Shown: positions 22,541 through 34,812 of the stretch, piece by piece | How positions within the stretch are numbered: the stretch's first letter is position 1 | Layout: every line of letters starts with the position of its first letter | From: Ruditapes philippinarum | Lineage: Eukaryota | Reading direction: 5' to 3' | NCBI RefSeq assembly: GCF_026571515.1 | Contig: NW_026860464.1 | Location: forward strand, 372,001 to 436,000 | Length of the DNA: 64,000 nt | The notes under the pieces: generated by a model | Database searches by the model: none | Told to the model about the DNA's origin: nothing | Seen by the model: the letters and a program-made list of their open reading frames with translations, nothing else | Made by a program: the position numbers and the translations under genes

Positions 22541-25191
22541 TTAGGCACGACTCTGAAATGAAATATGAGACAAATGTTTATTCGTTTCTGTAGCAAACTG
22601 TCTAAACAAAGTTATCAAATATGTTGTGTGAAAACTAAAAAAAAAAGCTTATTTTTGAAATATACCTTTGCACAACCGTCTCACAAAGTGTCTAAAGGAC
22701 GATTTTAAAATTTATAAAATAATAACAAATATTGTTCCACGTACCACTCTGTAACAGAATGGGAAACTATCAATTAAACGAAAGGCACTAAAATAAATAA
22801 GATACAATGAAATGAATAAATACAACATACACTTCCTTGGCACGCTCTACAAATCATACATCCAATGATGACGATCCAAAGACCCATGAATATCCAGTCA
22901 AGAGTGGCCATAGCAAATGCAAACGTTATAAGACTTTTGTCACAATTCCCCTCCGTACAGTTTGTTGTTATGTTGGCGGTACATTGTACAAAGTCGTCCG
23001 CCGTAACGGTGTTGTAGTTAGGGTACACCCAGACACTTCCTGGAAATTCAAAATGTAAATATCTGATATAAACCTGAAAGTCGATAAATTTTTATGATGA
23101 ACATGTAATAATCGTTTAGTGAAGAGGACCAACAAACATCTGTTCAGATGAGCGCTCATCTATTATACATGGATTATCATATTCTTTCTACGGTCATTCG
23201 AACTGTACATCTGTTTTGACTTGTACAAAAGTACCGGTAATAGCAGCTTCTGCTTCTTGCTTCTGGATCTACCTTATAACATGTAGCAGTTCAGTTAAAC
23301 GCAAATATACTAACAAAACAACATACAATAATACTGTTGTTTGAAATCAGATGATTTTACATAGATACTGTTTCAGTCTTAATTGAAATAGACATTTTAC
23401 CACAGATGAGCCAGGATAGATTGAAAAGGAAACCAATGGCTCCGCAGACTTGTGCGCACATATTTGAGTCTCCATCCTCATCATTACTCTGTTTACCCAT
23501 CCCACCAAACAGGATTGGAGCACAGCCGCTTACAATAAGCCAGATTGGTATAAGATATTCAATGCTGCAGTCGTGAAGGTGAACTGCCCCTAGAATATAA
23601 TTTAAAAATATAATGTTCAATATCTTTATTATTGGCATTAATCTTGGACAAAATATAACGGATCAAGCAACTACTGAGTGGATAAATGTCAAATTGACCA
23701 CCGATAGATTGGTAAACGTGGTGTTTAATTAATATATCAAAGCCATTATTGTAAAGAAGAAAGAAAAACGCCGACGAATTTTAATAAAATCATATAAACA
23801 TCATTTAAAGGCAAATATTGCCTCAAAAATCTATCAAAGTTATTTAGGTTATTTATAAATAATTATTGTTATGAAAAAGTTGATTTGCTAGTATGCGCAG
23901 CTTCATTGTGATAAAACGAATATTTCTTCTGGCACGATGCGCAAACCGAGTCAAATATAGGTTTTGCAGCTGTGTACGTATCGAACAGAATCTGTATTGT
24001 ACTCAATAAGCTGAAATGACCTCTTTCACATTTACCAATATTTTGACATTTAGCAAAACTTTGTGATTTAGTACTACAAGGATTTCTATTGGAGATTTTG
24101 AATTTTTCAAAATATAACATTTTGAGCGGAATACAATTATAGTGATTTTATATGTATTTGTGGACTCGGCAAATGAAAATAGACTTGTTAGAAGGCAATA
24201 ATGATTGGATATATATTTTTTTGGACTTGATAAATATAAACGAGTGGATCCTTTAATGATTTATATTGGGATATCAAAATTGTGGGATCATATCACATTG
24301 TGAAAATGCTTGAAAATGATTGATTACTTTTAATAAGTTTTGAAATAAATAAATAAATTTATAAATAAATAAATAAATAAATGAATAAAAAGGAAATAGA
24401 TAAATGAATAAAATAGATAAATAAATAAATAATTGTCATTTACAGAATACATACCCATTACAATTTTTGCTATGCCCAACCCTGCCAACGCAAGCACTAA
24501 CAGCAAAACAAAACAACAACATGCTGGAAAAAATAAAAAGTCCATAGTAAAACAGTCTGCATTGTGTACTAGTTCCATAACATAGTTTATTTACGAGACT
24601 AAAATGTCGCAGCCTTTTTGCTTTTTGGTTGGGTTTCACACCAACACAGAAGAGGTCATATTTACGTTTGGAAACAAAACTCAGTTCTACTTCTGTGCAT
24701 TATTTCATTCACGAGCATGTACATGGGTAGAACCACTGACGTTCCGTAAAGCGTGCTAGATAGCTTCCTCTCATGAACGAATCATAGGTCCCTAGAGGAA
24801 TTCGTACCCATAATGGTGAGAGGCATGTTCTTTGAAGTTGATTCCTATGCATTACTGTGATTAGTTACCTTTGTAAGAATTAGAAAATGCTTTAAAAAAT
24901 AACAATTAGTAAGAAAACAATTTCATCATAAACGATAGGACTAAATCACAACTTCACACGTAATGAAAGTCTCAGTTAAGATAGAAATAGAGAAATACGG
25001 AAACATTAAACGGAATATTACCGGAACAATTGTTCAGTTCATTCTGCCATTTTGTTTTCATTTCTGTCAAAGGAAGGGACGATATTTGTTACATAACAAA
25101 GATTTTAAGTTAAGAAATGTTTTAAAAAATACCTACCTGCAGCTCCACAAACTTTGCAGCACTCTAGACCGTCACCTTTACCTTTACCCAT
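22541..25191 (-). CDS. TMEM272-like transmembrane protein, copy 2, 177 aa; exons 25191-25137, 24523-24455, 23589-23401, 23039-22831, 22552-22541
   Basis: Exon sizes 55/69/189/209 match copy 1; GT-AG junctions; MGKGKGDGLECCKVCGAA...IAKIVMGAVHLHDCSIEYLIPIWLIVSG...CRACQGS/SRA*. Confidence 0.88.
24345..24431. repeat. (ATAA)n microsatellite
   Basis: Direct reading. Confidence 0.9.
24622..24841 (-). mobile_element. Degraded tRNA-derived SINE, same family as 52415-52740
   Basis: tgggtagaaccactgacgttccgtaa..gcta.atagcttcctc.catgaa aligns with 52605-52657. Confidence 0.7.
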
Positions 25192-25287
25192 TTCTATCCT
25201 GGTAGTCACTCAAATGTTAACTAATGTTTTCTTTTTCACCAACTGAAAACATATTAAAAATGAAACGCATCTTCATTGTCTAATTTT

Positions 25288-25735
25288 GCTCAACTCTCAC
25301 GTAAGCCGTATACTATGTCATTCACGCACGTAAGCTGTATACGTTGTCAAGAAATGTGCTCGACTCACGCGCGTAACCTGTACACGTTGTTAAATAACGT
25401 GCTCTACACGCGCACGTGAGCTGTATACGTTGTTAAGTTACGTGCTCAACATGCGCACGTAAGCCGTATACATTGTCAAGTAACTTGCTCAACTCACGCG
25501 CTTCAGCTGTATACGTTGTCAAGTATAACTTGCTCAATGCACGCGCGAAAGCTGAATACGTTGTCAAATAACGTGGTCAACTCACGCCCGTAAGCTGAAT
25601 ACGTTGCCAAGTAACGTGCACAACTCACGTGCTTAAGCTGCATACGTTTTCAAGTAACGTGGTCAACTCACGCAAGTAAGATGTAGCCGTTTACGTTGTC
25701 GAATAACATACTTTACTCACGCGCGGAAGCTATAT
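25288..25735. repeat. 43-bp minisatellite, about 10 copies
   Basis: Consensus ~CTCAACTCACGCGCGTAAGCTGTATACGTTGTCAAGTAACGTG; period 43 (e.g. gtgct ends at 25360 and 25403). Confidence 0.9.
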
Positions 25736-28700
25736 AAGCCATAAAAACTAAACAGTGCAATTGAAAACAACTATAACATAATGATTTAAAACATACAACA
25801 TCACAAACCAAAACATATAAATTCATAAAAATGAAAAAGAAATGACCAAAAATCAAGCGTTCATTGCAAATTGTAAATAAATTACCGTGCTACTGAGTAC
25901 ATGTAGCTCTATTTAACAGAAAACAATTTAACGCGTTCTGAAATAGTTAGTTTGTACTTCAAATACGCGAAAATGTGTATAATGCACGGCAAATTAAATC
26001 AACTTATGTGAATGTATCATCAGCATTTTTCTTCTAAAAATAGTAAATGTTTCTTAAAATAGAAATTTGAAATGGGAAACCGAATAATCATATGACGTGA
26101 GTGCATTGTTTTTTCGAAAATGGCTACCAAGGTAACACAATATCCAATCTCCATTTCCAAAACGAGAGAACATTTGTTTAACAAGAGGTATTCCTAATAT
26201 CCAGCAAGGTAAAATGTCAAGATACCGAGATATATTTATGTGAACAATTTACACGGTTTTCTTTTCTTATTTATATTGTAATAACAAATGTATATATCGT
26301 TGTACACAAAAACTGTACACGAAGACTGGTCGATATTTCCTTTTATTTTATAATTTAAAGTGCAGTATACTGCAACCCATTGTATCACTTTGTTAAAATA
26401 TGATAATGCTTAAAAATATATTTGTAAATTAAATATAATTATAACGAATCTTATCTATTTAAATCTGTGCTCGCAAAAGCGAATGGTATGTTAAATGTTG
26501 CTTTATCTTCAAATTATTTACAAAACAAGGTGAATAATGTTAAAATGATATATATTAAAATAAAACAACTGTCATATCAAGCTTAATTTTTAATTCGAGT
26601 GCGTGTCAAACGTTATGTTCCTTGAAGAAATTACTGTTCCTTTAGTTCCAAAATCACATTTCAAAATAAATGTAATGTATAATTGTATAACTGGTACTAG
26701 ATTAATATTGATATCACTGGTAAACGTGCCAATTTTTTATTTAAGACAATAAGTATAAAAACACGACACGACATATCTTAACATAGCACGGAACAACACA
26801 ACACGACACTACAAATTAACATGCCACGAAACGACACGAGAATATGATATCAATGACAAAAAAGTAGTAATATTAAATTTACGAAATATGATATACCTTG
26901 TCGAAAAAACACGATATCTTATTAATAAATACTTATTGATGAATATATCATTAAAGAGCACTATTGAACACGTAAAGCTGTGTTTACAAAACGAAAGTGA
27001 GTTTTTAAAAAGGATTGGAAAATATACTTGCAAAAGTTTAAATTATAAATTATCACTAACCTCCGATTAATTGTAAGAACTTTTCCCAAATACTTATTTA
27101 ATTTCTTCACCCGTTTATAAATGAGATTTAAAAGTTTCTTAATCTTAAACTTATTGTCCGATATATTGATTTTGGATATATACCGAACAAGTCATAATAA
27201 CTAAAAATAGATTATTGGATTCCCACATCAATTTCTTTATCATGGTCGCACCTTGTACATAATATTATTCAATTAGTTAAAACTATACATTATGTGATCT
27301 TAATCTTAGATTATATAAATCTCTTATCATTTTCAGTTAAATTTATACTATGCTAATATTTTATTGCAGAAATTTATTGAAATGTAGTAAATTCTCCCTT
27401 GATATGTCTGATTTGAATAAATGAATGTATAAATTATGTTTGTGAAGCTGCATTACCTATTTCTTGTCAAATTAATCTGGTCCATTCTTATAAAAACTGC
27501 CAGGTTTTTTTTAAATGACACTATGTAATCATACTGTGATTACCTGTAGTGTGTAAAGTTAAAAACATAATTATTGTAACTTCCTTTTGTGGATTCAAAA
27601 TATGTTTATCTTATGTTTCAAAAGAAACTATAGTAATTATCAGATTTTTTATTCAGATTAATACAAGGAAGAAAAACATTGACCGATAAACCAGTGTGTA
27701 TAGCACATACTTTCACAAGGTCACGAATGTTCAAAAATATACCTCAAGATTGCTTCATTGTAGGTATATACTATAATTAAACACTAAAATTAGTTCGGTC
27801 GTAACACTGTTAAAGGTTAATTGGTACAGCTAGAACGGCTCGTAGTATAAACACTATCACTTAATTTATTCACTACTTGAAAGGGAAATGTGTTATAAAC
27901 ATTAAACTCAATATTGCTTAAATGGATTTGTCCTGTTTTCAATTTGGGGCAGTCCATTCATAATTAAGGGGAAATCAATATTTAAGCAAATAGTATCTTT
28001 GAATGGATACTCGGACGAAGAAAAACTGCTGCACATTTTTCCGGGGGGGGGGGGGTCGTGGATGTTTTTGGTCGTCCGGTCATTTTAGAATGTCATTTAT
28101 AACTCTGTAAATTCTTATGTTGAATTAGATATTCACCAGAGAATTAATGAAAAAATTCAAAGCAGAATATAATATTTTTTAATATTTATTGGGAAGAAAT
28201 TCACAGATCTCAGCATCGAGTAATTTAACTAGAAAGTGTGTTTCCGATACTCCTTTACATTTTATTATAATTTGGACGTGTAGATCATTATACTAATTAT
28301 AGAATGGCCCCAGAGAAGTTTCAGATTTCAGTTTGCAATGGCCAATGAAAGTCCTGCTAATATTCAGTTCTTCCCTGAAAGTTTTACAAAAAGGCAAACA
28401 GATCTCACACGGACTTCGTCCGGAAGATACAGAAAAGCATATAGCATGGATATAGGCCCATTTTTGCGACGCATTAGAAGTTTAAAGACAATTCCGAGTT
28501 AGTTTAAGGTAAAAAGAAATAGAAAATAATAGAAAATAGCCTTTGACAAAACACATAAGGTGCCTGTATAGCTTTTTGGCCAAGATTGCCATAAAATGCA
28601 TGGAAAGGCGATTGTTTTAGAATTGTTCGATCACGGACCTGGTTTTGAGACAGTTGTTATGAAAAATGAGGAAATATATCTATAAGCAAATAAAGAATGT

Positions 28701-30653
28701 TTAAATAGTTCATATAAAAACTAAAGAAATTTTATAACATGAAATCGCGGCTAATCGTCATTTTGATAAAAATCAGAACAAGTGATGATGCATTTTTGTT
28801 TTCAGTTTATCCGATTTGACTGTGATGCCAAACAGAAAATCCAATAAATATACATAAATGATGTTTCAAATTTTGAGAAGTTAAGAAGGGAAGCAAAACC
28901 ACACATTGTTTATCCGCTGCCTCGTAACACATTAAAATGCACATCACACTATATGTCGCTTCACAAAATTAATAAACATTGATGATATTGATATTTGTAA
29001 AAATTACTTGAATTATGATTTTCATAATTTTACTTGATTAACTATCATGTCTTGGTAGGTTGAATGATATCGAAAACTAGTAGGGAAAAACAGACATACG
29101 GTCACGTGTCTATCTGTTTGACTGTGTCAATCCATAAAGAAATTGCAGCACTTTGAAAACAGATTTGATGGAAAAATCGACGCAAAATATTGATTTTGGG
29201 CAATTTTGAGATATCCCCTCGTTGCCATGGTAAAGGAAATTCAAGATAACAAAAAGTTTGAACAGTATTGAAGACTTTTTTTAGTTTCATAGCAATTTGA
29301 ACTTGTAATAGGAGGCTATTCAATAGAAACAGTCATTCAACACAAAATGCTCATGACGTAATGGGTTTATACTGTATTTTGTTCGATTTATTTAAGGCAA
29401 GTGGTGCCGTAAATAAGGAACGCATAGATTAAAACTAAATCATCGTTATATATCCTCCAGATACTTGAATTTAAAACCCAAAATATGGATACCTGAAATA
29501 AATTGTAATTAGTCGTTCTCAAGAACAAGTTGTTCATTGTTTTAGAAGATTCCAATTCATTTCCAGTTAATATTGCTTATATTTGAAAAATAAACAAATA
29601 TATAAGGACTTAATCTCTGCATTTTTGTGTGTGCGTGCGAGCGCGCGTGTATGTGCATGTGCGTGCTTGAGGAAGCGTGCGCATAAGAAAGACTAATTGT
29701 AAAGAATAATGTTAACAGAATAATATTGCAAGAAAATTGTATACCAGTTAATTATTTTAACACCTTAGTACTGCTCCCCCCATCCCTTTCCCCCGGATGA
29801 ATAATGGAAAAAATTCCAAAATAAATGTTCAAAAACTTACACTGAATGAAAAATAACATATTTTAAAGGTACAGAACTGCTGATGTAGTATATCGTTAAA
29901 ACAATCTTCTGTTCTTCCCCCTTGACTAGAACAGTAAGTGAAATATCCACCCTCCCCATTGATACATCTGCTTATCATATACACAGGTCAACCACACCTC
30001 GGTACATGGTTTGTTGTAAACGTGGGAAGAATTTTATTTCTGTTAACTTTGACAAATAAAATGTCACTACATTTGTAATGCATGAGAACCTCTGAACATT
30101 CGGGAAAAAACTCGCCAGTCACAAATACTATGAGTTTGACCATATTTTATTGCCTGTATACATAGTTTGAGCGACAATCAATTACTATAACAACGCATTC
30201 GTATTCTACGTCTTCTCAAGTGTAACTTTAAGTGTAACTTTAAAATGTTTGCTAAAGTTAAATAATACATTATCCATTCATACTGTTTTTTATATATAAC
30301 AGATTCGTACTTACTATACAATTAACATTTGAATATAATAAGGGCGACAACCCTGGCATGTCATCATAGTTATTTTTTTATTACAGTTTTCTCCCTTTAA
30401 AAGTCAGGAATGAAACAATTCTTAAACAGTCGAAAGATTTTAATGTATTTTTAATAAAAGCTTGACTTTCTTGTACTTAAATAAGTCGTATCGTTATAAA
30501 CAATATTAGAATTATCTTTATTTGTTTTTTCTGAGAAATCAGATAACTAAATTTCATTTTCTGTGATACTATTTTATTGTACTATATACACAGGAGTTTT
30601 GTATTTGAAATTTCAAAAACATGATATATACACAAAAGTTCGGGTTTTACGTT

Positions 30654-30825
30654 ATTAAATCCTACGTAGAAGTTAAAAACTCCTAAGTAGGGTTTTCTCT
30701 CCTACGTAGCAGTTAAAAAAAACACAGTTATTAACTCCTATGCCGGACTTTGGAAACTCCTACGCCAGAGATACAAAAGCTTAATTAGGAGTTTAAAACT
30801 CCTTTGTAAGAGTATATTATGAATG
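30654..30825. mobile_element. Degenerate MITE remnant with repeated AACTCCTA(C/A)G motifs
   Basis: ctccta/taggag motifs in both orientations; no clear termini. Confidence 0.35.
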
Positions 30826-31992
30826 ATATCTGAATGACTCATACTTTGGGCATATTTTTGTTTTACTTGTATGGGTTTCTGAAAGCCATCACAAGGATAT
30901 AAACTGGTCCGAATCAATTAAAACCAGTAAAATGTATTTTATTACAACAAATAGCAGTCGTTGACCTGTGTACGTTGACAAGATAAGTAGTCATCAATTA
31001 TTAAATGTATTTATTCAAATGATCTCATAACTGTCAAACATGGAAAAATAAGGGGAAATCTACAGACATTAATTTTATACGTTTTACAGTTCACACAACC
31101 GGCCTTGACCGAAAATTTCCAGCCGATGATTTAAACTGTTGACTGTTTGCCCTTCACCATCGATGGTTTTTAGTCAGGGACTTCTTACATTTGAGGAATC
31201 TATCCAGCAAGCTTGAGCCTACGTCACATTACAAGCAGGACCGTCCGAGAGGGATCGGTGGGACAATGTTGATATTTGAGATCGGAGAGACGGAAAGGAA
31301 AGGGCGGTCATTCACCCTCTGTTGGGGTGTTTTCCGAAAAGTACTCGCCCGGTCACCTGGCATTATACGTGAGGTCGATATAAGTATCGACCAATAAATA
31401 TGATTAATTTAAAAGGTATTTGGATTAATTTTAAGTATTGGGATTGATATACTTTTTTTTTAATCTGGGATATTTTCAAGGTGAGAAATGGTCTCGAAGT
31501 AAATTGAATAAAAATATATCAAAAAATACTTGTACGTTTTTTTTAAGTAAAAATCAAGTCGCAAGTTAGAATATCTAAAAATTTCCCTCAACATTTTTAT
31601 TACATGACTGCATTTCCATTCATTGTTCATGACTGTACGAGTAAGGCATTAACACACCTGATATTTTATGTGTTCTGTTAGTAAAATATCGGATGAAAAA
31701 AGAAGATGATTTCACCACTATTTTTCTTTTAATTATTGCGAGTCATTAATATTTGTTTTACATTTTAAACATATGTCTATTTGACTTACGGCAACATGTA
31801 CTCTCGTAAAATCTCATATCAGAATTAAAGGCAATTTGATAATGTCGTCGCAATTCCTTTACAACAGAAATCGTGTTTAAAGACCTCTTTTGAAATCAAA
31901 GACCATGTGTACAAATATCCTCATCATTATATATTTTTTAGAATACAGTACAGATAACTTAAGTTGTTTTAATCATATATTTTTATAATATT

Positions 31993-33250
31993 CCGGGTTA
32001 ACTAATTATATACAGGTTTAACTAATTCTACGGTTTAACGAATTCTATACCAGTTTAACTAATGCTCCACCGGTTTAACCAAAAAAATATTCTATACTGG
32101 TAACTATATATATACCGGTTTAACTAATTATGTTCATAATTCTCTACTGGTTAAACTAAGTATGTGCCGGTTTTACTTATTATGTACAGGTTTAATTAAT
32201 AAAATGGCAGTTTAACTAATTATGTTCAGGTTTAACTAATTCTATACCGGTTTAACTAATTCTATACTGGTTTAACTTATTCTATACCGGTTTAACTAAT
32301 TCTGTACCAGTTTAACTAATTCTACGCTGGTTTAACTAATTATACACCAGTTTGAGTTATTATTTGAGGTTTAACTAATTCTATACCGGTTTATCTCATT
32401 CTGTACCGATTTATTTACTTACATGTATATACCGGTTGCACTAATGCTGTACAAGTTTTTACTAAATATATACAGGTTTAACTAAATAAATACAGGCATA
32501 ACTAATTATATGCCGATCTTACTGATTCTATACCAGTTAAGCTAATTTTGTACCGGTTTTACTAATTCAATAGCGGTTTTACTAATTCTCTATTGGTTAA
32601 ACTAATTTTGTACCGGTTTAACTAATTCTTTGGGGTTTTACTAATTCTGTACCGGTTTAACAAGTTCTGTGCAGGTTTAACTAATTATATACAGGTTTAA
32701 TTAATTCTATGCCGGTTTTACTAATTCCGTACCGGTTTAACTAATTCCGTACCGGTTTATATAACTAATTCTATGCCCGTTTTACTAATTATGTACAGGT
32801 TTTATTAATTAAATGCCAGTTTAACTAATTCTATAGCGATTTTACTGATTCTATACAGGTTAATCTAATTATATACAGGTTTAACTAAATAAATGCAGGT
32901 TTAACTAACTATATGCCGGTTTTAATAAGTCTATACCGATTAATCTAATTATTTATATACATGTTTTACTCAATAAATACAGGTTTAACTAATTCTATAC
33001 CGATAACTAATTCTATACCAACGAGTTTAACTAATTTCATACCGGTTTAACTAATTGTATACAGGTTTAACTAATTCTCTACCGGTTTAACTAATAATGT
33101 GCATGTTTAACTATTTTTTTACCGGCTTAACTAATTTTTCACCGGTTTAACTAATTATATACCGGTTTAAATAATTATATATCAAATATATACCGGTTAA
33201 AGTAATTCTATACCTGTTTTACTAATTATATACAAGTTAAAGTTTAGTTA
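31993..33250. repeat. 20-bp minisatellite, about 60 copies
   Basis: Consensus CCGGTTTAACTAATTCTATA; exact period 20 visible at 32229-32350. Confidence 0.95.
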
Positions 33251-34232
33251 AAAAAGAATACGTGTATGTTCCAGTTAGAACTCTATTTGTTGTGGATGAA
33301 TTTTTACCGATGACTACAACATATACCATATTAATTAGATTGGTCTGGCTGCAATGTATGTTTTGATATAACTTCATAGTGTCTTTAATATTCGTAAACT
33401 AAAGAAATTAAATTGCCTTTTAACTTGCCTTTTACTTGTCTTTCACTTGCCTTTCACTAATAAATGCTATTTAAACCGGTGATTTACCGCAGATAATAAT
33501 TGTCAGTTGATAAATATTTTTCTTTTCTGTTGAGAATCATACTGTTTAAGGATCAAACGATTGTGGTTTTAAATTAATATTATAAACCACCAATAGATGA
33601 ATGAATAAACTTGATAACACTCTCCGTTAAGTGTCGAGATTACTAAAAAAAATCGCAATAAAGAGCGCAAACCGGTCGACTCTCGAGGCCCTTATACGAA
33701 AAATGGACCGAAAATGTGACGGTTTTCTTTCTCGTTTCTCATAGCACACAGAAAAATGTTTATGTTTATATGATCCAGAGACATTGAACACTCGAAAATG
33801 TACTTTCAGAAGCAATGACGTTGGTGACATTTTTAATTAAATTTTGTCGTTACTAACGTCATTTTGTTTTACCATTAGCGTGCGCCGGATTGCGTACCCT
33901 TTGTTATTTGAAATCTTCACAGAATTGTTATTTGTAAACATATTGTGTTAATTTTTTCACTGTATGTTAAGGACATGTTCCATTATTTGTCTCTTTTAAA
34001 ATCGTGTACGCAAATTAAAAAATGTGAACAATAAAGCTGCAGTTCACGAACTTTTTGAACAGCCCTCGTAAATACTTAAAAATCAGTCATTAATCGCACA
34101 TAATATTTAAAATATTACTTGAATCTTGAAACTTTTTACTTTTCCTTACATCTTAGTACATTTTTCTCCAGTTTTATTTCATTGAAATATTTTGACTCAG
34201 CTGGAGGCATGTAGCTTTAAAAAGACGCTTAA

Positions 34233-34564
34233 AGTGACATTATTTCAAGTTTTGCTGAATTTACTTTATTTTTCAAAAGATTGACTGTCAAAATGGTGTT
34301 TGACCAACAGTTGATATTGGAAAAACCTTAGGATAAAATTATATATCTGCCTAAAATTTAAAAGACTGCCTCACTCTTTTTATAAAATAAGCGTTATAGG
34401 TAAATTCTTATGGATATTTACAGAAATTTTATTTGGATATGTGCCTTATTTATTGTTTATGCGAGCTTAATTATTAAATTAAAAGGAATTGTGGCAAAAT
34501 GAAAACTTATTTTGATTTTCACCCGTTTACACACTATATACCCTTGGATGGGCATAATGTCACT
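34233..34564. mobile_element. Kolobok-like MITE family C
   Basis: Perfect 11-bp TIR AGTGACATTAT/ATAATGTCACT, TTAA on both sides; a related end occurs at ~53669. Confidence 0.8.
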
Positions 34565-34812
34565 TTAAATTAAGGTCGACGTTAATTAGATGTCTTAATT
34601 TGATGAATTAATTGCGTGTTTACATAGGTTTGCGCGACCTTGTGGTTTTTAGGGGAATTTTCTTGTTTGTATCTGACGCAATGTGTGTTAATATATTATA
34701 CACATGCGCAGAATGTATTCTAAGGAATACACGGTATTTAAAGAGATGAATTATTTTTTTAAAGAGCGTCAGTTCTTTAAGCTTAATTAATGGTGACAAA
34801 TATCGGGAGCAA

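Noticed and set aside
28020-29360. Probable DNA-transposon remnant
   Set aside because: Looks repeat-like but I found no matching termini, TSD or second copy.
25288-33250. 43-bp and 20-bp arrays as CRISPR
   Set aside because: Head-to-tail repeats without unique spacers, no cas genes, eukaryotic context.
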